Shown piece by piece: positions 10,501 to 18,724 of a stretch of DNA of 64,000 bases. Under the pieces are notes generated by a model, which saw only the letters and a list, made by a program, of their open reading frames with translations, had not been told where the DNA came from and did no database searches. Every line of letters starts with the position of its first letter. The first letter of the stretch is position 1. This stretch comes from an uncultured Holophagales bacterium (GTDB taxonomy: Bacteria > Acidobacteriota > Thermoanaerobaculia > Multivoradales > UBA5704): positions 448,001 to 512,000 of the forward strand of contig CAWJGT010000009.1 in the NCBI GenBank assembly GCA_963842525.1, given 5' to 3'. A program made the translations under genes and the position numbers.

Positions 10501-13500
10501 GACAGCGGATGTCCGGGCGAGCGGCCAGGGCGCGTCTTTTTTCTGGCCTTCGCCCTACGCCACCCGCATCCAGGACCCGGAGATCGCTCTCGCGTGGCGG
10601 CAGGACCGCTGGACATTGCAGACCGGAAAGGCGGTCTGGAACGGCGGCACTCTCGACCTTGCCGGGAATGGCGGTCCGGACGGGATCAACCTCGATCTCT
10701 CTCTGGCGGATGTGCGCTACCGGGTCGACTACGGTTTGTCCACCCTGCTGAGCGGCCGGCTCGCTTTGCGCGTCCCGCCGGGCGACGACGCGCGGTCGAG
10801 CCTCGCCGGCCGGATCACCGTTGACCGCGGCGTGCTCGACCGCGATGTCGACCTCGACCGCGAGGTGCTCAGCCTGCTCCGGGCGCCCGACGACACGCCG
10901 GGGACCGAGGAGACGTTCCTGTCCCGGCTCGACCTCAATGTCCAGGTGGCCACTGTCGACGGCGTACGCATCCGCAACAACGTGGCCGACCTGCGGGCCT
11001 CGTGGCGGCCCCTGACCATCACCGGCACGGCCGAGGTCCCGGTCCTGCGGGGCAGGATCGACCTCGATCCCGGCGGTACTCTTCTCATCTACAACCAGAC
11101 CGTGCGGATCGACCGTGGCGCTCTCGTCTTCACCGGCGATCCGCTGCTCGATCCGCGGATCGACCTCTCGACCACCAGCACGCTCCAGGACCCCACGATC
11201 GCGCGGCTGCGCGGTGAGGCAAGCCCGCTCGTTCTCCTCGACCGGCCCAAGGAGCGTGAGGATGCGTCCGGCGACTCTCCGGAGTTGGGAAAGGCCCTGG
11301 CTGCCGGGCTGGCCGAATACTACGGTGCCCGCTTCTTCTCCACGGTGGGCGAGTCGCTGGGCCTCCAAAGACTCACGGTGAGCCCGGTCCTCGTGCTCGA
11401 TGCCGATCCCAGCGCCCGGTTGATCGTGAGTACCGATCTCTCGCAGAACGTCTCGTACACCCTCTCGGCAGACCTGCGCAATGCCGGGCGGCAGAGCCAC
11501 CTGCTCGGCCTGCACGGCTTCCGGGAGCTACCGGGGCTGGAGCTTCATGGTTTCCGCGATGACGAGGGGAGGGAGGGGGCGAGCCTCCAGCAGGTCCTGG
11601 AGCTGGGAGGCAGCGAGCCGCGGCAGGAAGGCTCCCGCCTGCGCCGGCTCAAGGTCTCGGCGCCGCGCGGCCGGCTCTGGAAGCGGTTGCTGCGCCGGTC
11701 CATCCGCCTTCAGAAACGGGACTCCGTGCCGGAGAGCGCTGCCTTCGACATCGAGGTGGACCTCGCCGACGCCCTGCGCCGCCGGGGCTATCCGGACCCG
11801 CAGATCCGGGTCGAGGTCACCCCGGCCCGTTCAGGCTGGGTCGATGTCGCCGTCACCGTCGAGCCGGGACCGCATGCGACCTTCGTCTTCGAGGGGGACC
11901 GGCTCGCAAAGGCTGATCGGACCGCGGTCACGACCCTCTACCGTCCCGACTTCTACGAGCCGATCGCCCTGGAGGAGATGAAGAAAGAGGCTGTCCGGGC
12001 GTTCCGCCGCCGGGGGCACCTCGATCCGCGAGTCGAGATCGAGACGCGGCACGACCGGCCGGACGAGCGGACCGTGATCCTCCGCGCAGAAGCGGGCCCG
12101 CGGACGGAGGTCGCGGATCTGGAGATCGCCGGACTCGATCCCGGCACGGCTCTCCTGGCAGCCCGCCGCTTTCCACCCGAAACCCTGGCCCGCGCCGAGC
12201 TGGCCGCCGGCCTTCCGGACGCCGACCGCCGCCTGCTCGAAGCCCTGCGGATTCTCGGGTTTCCCGCGGCGCGCATCGCCGGCCGCGAGTTGGAGAAAGA
12301 CCAGAAGAAGCTGACGGTCCGTGTGGAGCCCGGCCCGCGCCAGCTCCTGGGAAACGTGGACATTGCCGGAGTCGAAGCTGTCGAGCGGGAGCGACTCTTC
12401 TCCCTCCTCCCCGTCCGCTCCGGTGGCCCCGCGCGGCTCGACCTCGTCTCCGAAGGGGCACTGCGTCTCGAACGGGATCTCGAAGCGCGAGGCCATCCTG
12501 ACGCCTCCGTCGGGGTCGCCGTCCAGCCTTCAGGAGACAGCCTGGACGTCCATTACAAAGTGGACCCGGGGCCAAAGGTCCAGATTGCCGGGATCGATTT
12601 TGCTGGCGAGCGCTGGAGCCGTCCCTCCCGGCTCGAGCGGGTGGCGGGCCTGCGCACGGGAGCACCGCTGTCCGGCAGCCAGGTCGAAGAGGCGCGGTCA
12701 CGGCTCCTCCAGACCGGTGCCTTTTCCCGTGTCATGGCCGAGATCGACCGTGCCGGGGAGGCTGCCGCTGGAGAGGCCCGGGTCACCTTCTCCCTCGCCG
12801 AGCGGCCGCGCTTCCGGATCGGCTATGGCGCGAGGTGGCAGAGCGACCGAGGGACTGCAGCGGTCCTCGACGTGGTGGACGGCAACTTCCTCGGCCGCGG
12901 CATGACTCTCGGACTGCTGGGCCTGTACGAGCCGGAGGACCGGAGCGGCCGTCTCTATCTGCAGACCGGTGGCCTCCTGGGCACCGACTTCTCGCTCGAG
13001 ACCTATCTCCAGGCCCGCCGTACCCTTCCCGAGGAGGGCTTCGTCGAGGACGGCCGGGAAGTCTCTCTTCAACTCGCGCGCCCCCTCGACCGGAGGACGA
13101 CGGCCCGCGTCTACGCCCGTTACCGTACGACCCATCTCTTCGAGGAGGAGCCCGATCCGTTCTTTCCGCTCGACCTCGAGATCTCGCGCCCCTATGTGGG
13201 GACGCAGCTCCTCCGCGACTTTCGCGACGACCAGATCGACCCCACGCGGGGTTATTTCGCCAGCGCGGACCTCTCCGGGAGCGGCGCCTTCCTCGGCAGC
13301 GATTTCGCCTACGCGCGCCTCTTTACGCAGCTCCAGCACCACCGGAGCTTCGCTCTCGCTGGCCGGCCGATCACGTGGTCGCAGTCGGTCCGGGTGGGCC
13401 TGGCGCGCCCGTTTTCGGGGCAGGAGCTGCTGCGGGACGAGCGCTTTTTTGCGGGCGGCGAGTTCTCGGTGCGCGGCTACGAGACCGAGAGCCTGGGTCC

Positions 13501-13795
13501 CGAGGAGGTCCTGGGCTCCCTCGTCCGTCCCCTGGGAGGCGAGGCGCTCCTGGTGATCAACGAAGAGCTGCGCTTCCGCCTCCCCTGGGACCTGACCGGC
13601 CTCGTCTTCCTCGATGCCGGACAGGTCTGGCAGGAAGCGGGCGACATCGACTGGAGCCTTGCCAAGTCCCTGGGCCTCGGCCTGCGGGCCGGCACGCCGA
13701 TCGGCCTGCTGCGCCTCGACGTCGGCTTCCCCCTCGACCGCCGGGAGGGGGACGAGGGCTACAGCCTCTACTTCGGCTTCGGCAACGCGTTCTGA
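7508..13795 (+). CDS. TamB/AsmA-like region fused to POTRA + Omp85 (TamA/BamA) barrel, about 2095 aa
   Basis: N-terminal TM anchor, long beta-rich TamB-like region, POTRA-like repeats, RFFAGGEFSVRGY, LRLDVGFPL and terminal YFGFGNAF. Confidence 0.88.
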   Translation: MPEPSVPSPSPRPPRSRRIRQIVLALGALLALLLLVVLAGIMSLRSVKVRRAILARVADYAARELGLPLAAEDFRLLGWSGIEVRGLRLGVPGASPLLTAERAVARVDLLSLREDTAVIRSLEVFAPRVDLAAPVPQIPESEGPPGFEVRRIVLHQGTVIGAPLKGAAAEWVQSWGIAGIEARGSFRNGPWDLGVEKADARIDRPGLEPLALRISGRVESRPGEPLRIDGLQATGDGLHLTGSGRVGLEEGGPLAAAFEVEADPKLLGAGIPPGGVVRARGDLRLPEASGRVALDLRAVPAEALRPYLEEGLFADLSLAGTVADGRADLVLGPGDLARVGGEAEAAWRRGDRRFAQAEVRIVPGEGDGALRLAFAADVLPDSPGRRHAEGVIAGAGWAELADGVADGIEAQVRLPDMAAALAEARKLWPRLVPALPEGVPIQGSLAATFRLDGALADPDASADATWNPDAASRVHLRAKGRLATWTGNAEVELSNLPLSLLPPPLPEGREGGWERGPGGEGLLSGRLALSGSPRGYRTQADLEIAALVFPLPGPHPRPLSHLPPAPAPGEGRNPSQSPPSPGGGWTGDGRGGQGVRTQTAHLTVDGILAISGKAGPVFTGSTTLEATALDVPDYVRLETARLATDGTFQLAPPSFRGTAKLAGTGLDAPGKAQVPGFEATIEGNLAADLPAIQARIGLDAPKVLLVEPAIEISDLHLQAEADAREARISALSGSLPEDRTFAASGRLTLDPLLDEADLDLRLVRPVDAVHAAELSASLRSGVVGISAPRIETDAGPANLRATIPLGALEQIPALAEGLRGLPIERPAGPVVVRLEAPELDSQPLLAALGLDPRPERVRAGLLADLTFDPATPAAGRGEIRLDDLRVESPDGRVVAEGPVVARLGEGALEVLPVHLRIDGAGIEGAGLDLQGRAELDPRWRPFGEAGGPGDPPGSLVTRLSAEAGGTLEASLLNPYLEGGIAAGTLTLQAKASGRPDDLTADVRASGQGASFFWPSPYATRIQDPEIALAWRQDRWTLQTGKAVWNGGTLDLAGNGGPDGINLDLSLADVRYRVDYGLSTLLSGRLALRVPPGDDARSSLAGRITVDRGVLDRDVDLDREVLSLLRAPDDTPGTEETFLSRLDLNVQVATVDGVRIRNNVADLRASWRPLTITGTAEVPVLRGRIDLDPGGTLLIYNQTVRIDRGALVFTGDPLLDPRIDLSTTSTLQDPTIARLRGEASPLVLLDRPKEREDASGDSPELGKALAAGLAEYYGARFFSTVGESLGLQRLTVSPVLVLDADPSARLIVSTDLSQNVSYTLSADLRNAGRQSHLLGLHGFRELPGLELHGFRDDEGREGASLQQVLELGGSEPRQEGSRLRRLKVSAPRGRLWKRLLRRSIRLQKRDSVPESAAFDIEVDLADALRRRGYPDPQIRVEVTPARSGWVDVAVTVEPGPHATFVFEGDRLAKADRTAVTTLYRPDFYEPIALEEMKKEAVRAFRRRGHLDPRVEIETRHDRPDERTVILRAEAGPRTEVADLEIAGLDPGTALLAARRFPPETLARAELAAGLPDADRRLLEALRILGFPAARIAGRELEKDQKKLTVRVEPGPRQLLGNVDIAGVEAVERERLFSLLPVRSGGPARLDLVSEGALRLERDLEARGHPDASVGVAVQPSGDSLDVHYKVDPGPKVQIAGIDFAGERWSRPSRLERVAGLRTGAPLSGSQVEEARSRLLQTGAFSRVMAEIDRAGEAAAGEARVTFSLAERPRFRIGYGARWQSDRGTAAVLDVVDGNFLGRGMTLGLLGLYEPEDRSGRLYLQTGGLLGTDFSLETYLQARRTLPEEGFVEDGREVSLQLARPLDRRTTARVYARYRTTHLFEEEPDPFFPLDLEISRPYVGTQLLRDFRDDQIDPTRGYFASADLSGSGAFLGSDFAYARLFTQLQHHRSFALAGRPITWSQSVRVGLARPFSGQELLRDERFFAGGEFSVRGYETESLGPEEVLGSLVRPLGGEALLVINEELRFRLPWDLTGLVFLDAGQVWQEAGDIDWSLAKSLGLGLRAGTPIGLLRLDVGFPLDRREGDEGYSLYFGFGNAF
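9011..9070 (-). repeat. BoxC-like palindromic repeat, single copy, in frame within the TamB region
   Basis: Reverse complement reads CCCCTCACCCCCCGGCCCCCTCTCCCATC...GGGAGAGGGGGAGG; encodes PPPLPEGREGGWERGPGGEG. Confidence 0.8.
9167..9295. repeat. BoxC-like palindromic repeat, inverted doublet (129 bp), in frame within the TamB region
   Basis: CCTCACCCCCGGCCCCTCTCCCATC...GGGAGAGGGG, spacer, then an inverted copy ending GGGAGAGGGGGTCAGGGAGTGAGG. Confidence 0.85.
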
Positions 13796-13802
13796 GAAGC
13801 CG

Positions 13803-14642
13803 CTACCGCTTCGCGGCGCGCAGGATCGCCTTGGCCCGTTCGGCCTCCGGAGCGTTGGGCGCCAGGGCGACGAAACGCTCCATGTCGTTGATCAGGAGGT
13901 CCTTGCGGCCGAGCTTCTCGGCGGCGAGGCCGCGGTAGTAGTAGGCGTAGGCCAGCCCCGAGTCCATCTCGACGGCCTTGTTGAGCTGGTCCATGGCCGG
14001 TTGCCACTGCTCCTGGAAGGCGCGGGTGACGCCGATCTGGTAGGGGATGAGCGCGTTGCCCGGATCGGCGCCGCGGGCGTTCTCGAGCGCGGCCACCGCC
14101 TCGTCATACTGGCGCAGCCGCTGCCGGGCGACGCCGAGATAGTAGGAGCCGTTCCGGCCGCCCTGGGCCTGCGCCACCTCGGCGGCCCTGCGGAATGCGG
14201 CGTCTGCCTCGCCCGACTTGCGGTCGTGCAGGAGGGCCTCGCCAAGGTAGACGTGCGCGGCGGGGTCCGACGGCGCGATCTCCGTCGCCTTGCGGAGCCG
14301 GGAGACCGCCTCGCCGTACTTCTTTTCCTGATCCAGGATGCGTCCCAGGGCCGCGGCGACCCCGGCGTTGCTCTCGGCCCTGCCGGCGACCGGATCGAGG
14401 GCGGCCCGGGCCTCTCCGGTCTTGAACTCCCAGAGCTTGCGGTCGACCGCCGCCACCTCCGGAGGAGCCGGCTCGTTGGAGGGCGGCGCCGGAGGCGCCT
14501 CTTCCCCCTGGGCAGGTGGGCTCTGCGGCTTTGGCGGCTTCTTTTTTTTCTTCTGGGCCGCCTCGCCGGCGGGAACGAGCAGGAGCAGGCCCAGGAGGCC
14601 GAGGATGGTCCATGTGGCGAGCCGGGGGAGGGTGCGAGACAT
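13803..14642 (-). CDS. Secreted TPR-repeat protein
   Basis: Signal peptide, Lys/Pro-rich linker and several TPR motifs (AHVYLGEALL, YYLGVARQRL, AYYYRGLA). Confidence 0.85.
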   Translation of the reverse strand: MSRTLPRLATWTILGLLGLLLLVPAGEAAQKKKKKPPKPQSPPAQGEEAPPAPPSNEPAPPEVAAVDRKLWEFKTGEARAALDPVAGRAESNAGVAAALGRILDQEKKYGEAVSRLRKATEIAPSDPAAHVYLGEALLHDRKSGEADAAFRRAAEVAQAQGGRNGSYYLGVARQRLRQYDEAVAALENARGADPGNALIPYQIGVTRAFQEQWQPAMDQLNKAVEMDSGLAYAYYYRGLAAEKLGRKDLLINDMERFVALAPNAPEAERAKAILRAAKR

Positions 14643-14733
14643 GCGTTCTCCTTCTTGCTGATGAGAGCTGCCGGCACAGTTGGAGTCCGCCTGCTCCCAG
14701 CAGCTCTCTGCAATTCTAGCCTGCGCTACCGTC

Positions 14734-14964
14734 TCATGCGGAGGTCTGAATGTCCCAGACGACCTCGTTCCTCATGGCTTTCACCGCGTACTGGAGTGCG
14801 GCTGTCAACCCGTCTGCGGTGATCTGAGGGTAGGCTTGTAGGACTTCCTCACTGGTCGCACCGCTGGCGAGCAGCTCCAGCATGAATTCGACGCTGATCC
14901 GCGTGCCTTTGATGCAAGGCTTGCCTCCCAGGATTTCCAGGTCTACCACGATCCAGTCGCCCAT
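14734..14964 (-). CDS. DUF433-family antitoxin-like protein (orphan)
   Basis: ILGGKPCIKGTRISVEFMLELLASG...YPQIT...ALQYA. The overlapping downstream ATG hits a stop after three codons, so no intact toxin follows. Confidence 0.88.
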   Translation of the reverse strand: MGDWIVVDLEILGGKPCIKGTRISVEFMLELLASGATSEEVLQAYPQITADGLTAALQYAVKAMRNEVVWDIQTSA

Positions 14965-15106
14965 TGTTTCCTCCGCAGGCGCTCAGGAAAGCACCCTTCA
15001 GGGGTCCTATCCGCAGGAGAGGGAATCGCCCTCTCCCGTCCTCAACAGCGGCCCGATGGAGTGCTAGCCACACCCCACCGGACCTAGCCGAGCACGGAGA
15101 CTAGCC

Positions 15107-15319
15107 ATGCCCGACCGTGACCAGTGTATCCCGCCCCCAGACCACAACCCCGAAGAGACCTGGATTCCCCAGAAGACCCGCGACGAGATCGTCGCGCAAC
15201 GGCTCATCCGATGTGCAGCCGGCAAGCTGCGCCAGATCGCCAACCCTCTTTCACACTCCGAGTCAGACGCCCATGTTTACCCTGCCGCGGCAGAGCTTGT
15301 GCCGGGAGGCGGCCGGTGA
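15107..15319 (+). CDS. Hypothetical small protein
   Basis: GGAG RBS and ATG; may be joined by a frameshift to the ORF ending at 15440. Confidence 0.4.
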   Translation: MPDRDQCIPPPDHNPEETWIPQKTRDEIVAQRLIRCAAGKLRQIANPLSHSESDAHVYPAAAELVPGGGR

Positions 15320-15436
15320 GCTGGCCGTCCTGGACCTTGCCTGGGAGTCTGCCGATCCGCAGGCCGTCAACGGTCCCGACTTCGGGCCGGCTGCTGAGGT
15401 CCACCGCAAGTGGAACCGAATTGCCGAGGAGCTGCG

Positions 15437-15894
15437 GTGAAGACGGCCTCTTTCACCGTCCACGCGACGGCAGAGCAGTCGATCCGCTGGAAGCGGGCGG
15501 CGGAGGCAGAGGGGCACCGTGCGGCCGGCACGTGGCTCGCTGCGGCAGCGGACGCCTATCTCAAGGTCCGCGCCAGGGCGGGCCTGCCGATCCCTTTGGC
15601 GTGGCGCCGTGGCCGCTTTTCCGTGCGCCTGGAAAGCGGCGAGACGGTCCCCGTCAAGGGGCACCTATCGCCGCCGTTCGGGTCATTCGCCGGAACCGAG
15701 GAAGGGCCGGCTACTTACTTTGGGCGACATCGGCACGTGCTCGTCTTCTTACCGGATTCCCGGATCATCGCCACTCTGCGGCGCTTCGCACAGTGCAAGG
15801 CGTTGGCCTCCGAATCGCTCCCGTGTTGATCCGTGGCGATCCCCTCCCGCATCCCGGAGGAATCATCGAACGGCATCGCCAGGAGGCGGTGTAG
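15437..15894 (+). CDS. Putative RHH DNA-binding protein, probable frameshift near 15815
   Basis: GTGA-coupled start. N-terminal KTASFTVHAT-AEQSIRWKRAAEAEG-AAGTWLAAAADAYL has a beta-helix-helix layout. The alternative frame continues to 15894. Confidence 0.5.
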
Positions 15895-15966
15895 CAGGAT
15901 AGGGGGCGGCGCCAGCACGGGCCGCCTTCTCCAGTAAGAAGCGGGCGAAGAGAGTAGAATTGTCGC

Positions 15967-16173
15967 ATGAGCGCCCCTTCGGACGAGCTTGAGACCTTGA
16001 GCGATGCTGAGCTGTTGCGGCGCAACACGCAACAGCTCTCTCCGCTTCAGCATTCAATACTCAATGCAGAGATTCAGCGCCGGCAGATGGCGCGCACCGC
16101 CCGGACCGTTAAGCTGGCAGCCATTGCCGCCGGTGCCGCGGCGACGTCTGCAGCGGGCAGCCCGGTGGAGTAA
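15967..16173 (+). CDS. Hypothetical small protein
   Basis: 68 aa helical ORF; TAGAAT -10-like box just upstream. Confidence 0.35.
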   Translation: MSAPSDELETLSDAELLRRNTQQLSPLQHSILNAEIQRRQMARTARTVKLAAIAAGAAATSAAGSPVE

Positions 16174-16176
16174 GTC

Positions 16177-16205
16177 TTGACGTCTTCCATCGCCCGTGAT
16201 ACCGT
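16177..16205 (+). promoter_or_regulatory. Putative sigma70 promoter TTGACG-N17-TACCGT for the hicAB operon
   Basis: -35 at 16177-16182 and -10 at 16200-16205, 35 bp before the hicA ATG. Confidence 0.45.
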
Positions 16206-16240
16206 ATTTGGTGGCACTTCCTTAGCCGGGGTGTCTCCGC

Positions 16241-16573
16241 ATGGCTAAGGACGACTCGCGACTCGCGCGGGAGCTGAAGCGTAAGGCACGGCTCCTGAGG
16301 GAGTTGAAGCAGAAAAAACTCTCAAGCCGGCCCGAAGATGTCGAGGCCGCACTAACGGCGTGGGGTTTTGAACCGGGGAAGAGAAAAGGGCAGACCCAAG
16401 TCTGGGGGTACAAGAACACGGGAATTATGATAACCATACACCCCCCTCACGGGAAAAGCGGCGGCAATACTGTTGATCCCGGTGCAGTCTCGAAGGTAAT
16501 CCAGAAAATCGAAGAGGTCCAGGTGCTCCAACAGAAGGAAGCCGACATGAAGGGGGACAAGGATGTCAACTAA
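16241..16573 (+). CDS. hicA: HicA-like toxin
   Basis: DVEAALTAWGF...G...ITIHPPH...VDPGAVSKVI layout, directly upstream of hicB. Confidence 0.7.
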   Translation: MAKDDSRLARELKRKARLLRELKQKKLSSRPEDVEAALTAWGFEPGKRKGQTQVWGYKNTGIMITIHPPHGKSGGNTVDPGAVSKVIQKIEEVQVLQQKEADMKGDKDVN

Positions 16574-17084
16574 GGATCTTTCTTACTACCTTGACCTCAA
16601 ATACCCTATCGAGTTTATTGAACGGGCGAATGGGCGATACTTTGCGACCTTCCCCGACCTTGACGGCTGCATGGCGGAAGGAGGCAGCCTCGAAGAGTTG
16701 TTGGCTAATCTTGCGGATGCAAAAGAGCTTTGGATTGAGGCCCGACTTGAAGGCGGCCATGGTGTTCCAGAGCCTGTACGTGAAGACTTCAGCGGCAAAC
16801 TTTCCCTCAGGATGGCGCCATCTCTGCACGCTCAACTCTCGCGCCTCGCCGACCGGAGCAAAGTTAGCCTGAACCTTCTAATTAATTCGGTCCTTGCCTC
16901 GTATGCCGGCGGGGCTGATCCCCTTTTGTCGATTCTCAGTGACGTGAAGAACGCAATTAGAGTCCTTAGCGCCAGCGGCGGGGCTTCCGCAACAACAGCG
17001 CCACGGCCGGCGGGCGCTCCGATGCTTACAGACTCAACCGCGAGAGTTCTTCCCTTTAGTCAGAAAGGAAGCCTCGGTGGATGA
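16563..17084 (+). CDS. hicB: HicB antitoxin with RHH domain and about 55 aa C-terminal extension
   Basis: YYLDLKYPIE...YFATFPDLDGCMAEG...VPEP, then SGKLSLRMAPSLHAQLSRLA...SLN. Confidence 0.9.
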   Translation: MSTKDLSYYLDLKYPIEFIERANGRYFATFPDLDGCMAEGGSLEELLANLADAKELWIEARLEGGHGVPEPVREDFSGKLSLRMAPSLHAQLSRLADRSKVSLNLLINSVLASYAGGADPLLSILSDVKNAIRVLSASGGASATTAPRPAGAPMLTDSTARVLPFSQKGSLGG

Positions 17085-17811
17085 CATAAGAAGTCTTTCC
17101 GTTAGGCAGGTCCGCATCTATGCTCCCGGATTCATTCCGCTGGTTGCCCTGCGCTCCGCCCCGGGAGCTGAAATAGTTCGCAAGCGGTTCGGATTTCGAG
17201 AAGTGGGATTGAATTCTAGCACGGGAGAAATCACGTTTCTTTCTGGTCTCGCCATGCCCGAGGACGGAGTGTTAAGGGAGATCAATTTTCTTGAAATCGG
17301 TCCGCAAAAGACAGTCTGGGAGGTTCTAGGTGAAAGCGCTTCCGCAGACATCCTGAACGGAATACTTGTCTCATTGATCGCCGAGCTTAAGCCAGAGACT
17401 GAATTTGCGGAGCCGCTTTTGTTCACGCAGGAAACGCACTGCACTGTCCGCTTGGCGTTCTCGTGGAAAGATCTCCTTTCGGAGAGACTGTCCGATGCGA
17501 TGGAGGAATTGGTCCGCCACCGCTTGGATCTCCCAGTAGCAAGCACAAGGATTGCATCGATGAATCTGAGATTTGGCATTCAGTACGATGTGAGCGATTT
17601 GCGTATCAAGGAATGGGGAATCAGCGTGCTTGACAAGGTTCTGACTCTTGAGCCTCTAAGCGGCACTCCTTTATCGGAGAGACTGTACTCGACCTCTTCG
17701 CCTCTCGACTCAGACTCGCACCTGCGCCTCGTGCGTGACCTGGAGACCGCGATCATCGCAAAGCAAGATCGTGGCGCGACTCGGCGCCGCGCGGCAGCTC
17801 CGTCAGCCTGA
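17077..17811 (+). CDS. Hypothetical 244 aa alpha/beta protein, third gene of the hicAB operon
   Basis: Start overlaps the hicB stop and shares its lower GC content; no motif recognised. Confidence 0.75.
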   Translation: MDDIRSLSVRQVRIYAPGFIPLVALRSAPGAEIVRKRFGFREVGLNSSTGEITFLSGLAMPEDGVLREINFLEIGPQKTVWEVLGESASADILNGILVSLIAELKPETEFAEPLLFTQETHCTVRLAFSWKDLLSERLSDAMEELVRHRLDLPVASTRIASMNLRFGIQYDVSDLRIKEWGISVLDKVLTLEPLSGTPLSERLYSTSSPLDSDSHLRLVRDLETAIIAKQDRGATRRRAAAPSA

Positions 17812-17932
17812 GCGGCTGGCGTGGCCTTGTGCCCTACGGGCCGCCCCTCCTGAGTGGGGGGCGGAACACGAGTCGCGCATTCTTCCTGGAAAGGGCTTGA
17901 CATTGCCAGTACGCTCTGGCACAAGAGTCAGT

Positions 17933-18565
17933 ATGGCAAACATCCTGAAGGCCGAGAAGCGAGCCGCCGTCATCTCCGCGCTGGTCGAGGGCAACAGCGT
18001 TAACGCAACTGTCCGGATGACGGGCGTGGCGAAGAACACGATCCTCAAGCTCATCGTAGAACTGGAGACGGCCTGCGCTGCCTACCAGGACGAGCACCTC
18101 CGGAACCTGCCCTGCAAGCGCGTCCAGGTTGACGAGATCTGGGCTTTCTGCTACCCCAAGGCGAAGAACGTTCCGGCCGAGAAGCGCGGCACCTTCGGCT
18201 ATGGCGACGTTTGGACCTTCACGGCCATCGATGCCGATACGAAGCTTGTCCCCTCGTTCCTCTGCGGCCTCCGGTAGCCGTCCCGGTGTCCCGAGTTCTG
18301 CGCTGATCTCGCTTCCCGGATGGCCGGCCGTGTCCAGCTCACCAGCGATGGACACAAAATGTACTTGAGCGCTGTCGAGGACGCTTTCGGCGGGGACGTG
18401 GACTACGCCATGCTCCAGAAGATCTACGGCGGAGGCCCGACCGACAGCGAGCACCGGTACAGCCCGGCTACCTGCCTGGGATCGGAGAAGCGGGCGATTC
18501 AGGGCAATCCCAACCCGCACCATGTTTCGACGTCCTACGTCGAGCGCTGCGCGTCGCCGTGGTGA
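17933..18565 (+). mobile_element. IS1-family transposase, frameshifted and C-terminally truncated
   Basis: HTH LVEGNSVNATVRMTGVAKNTI, VQVDEIW, WTFTAIDADTKL, QLTSDG and HVSTSYVER, then abrupt loss of the expected C-terminus. TTGACA and a short IR lie upstream at 17897-17920. Confidence 0.85.
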
Positions 18566-18724
18566 ATGTCGATGGTCCCGCGGGGAACTTTGCCGGTCCC
18601 GCGGGACCACTTCGAGTCCTCGCGGGCGTGAAGGCTCCGCGCTGCGTCTTGCTGATGAAAGCCGCCGGCGCAGCGTTATCCGCACCGGCGCGCCTGGCGG
18701 CTCCCTAGGATTCAGCCCCGTCGC

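Noticed and set aside
18270-18325. Programmed -1 frameshift in the IS1-like transposase
   Set aside because: No A-rich slippery site at the break, and the gene is truncated anyway.
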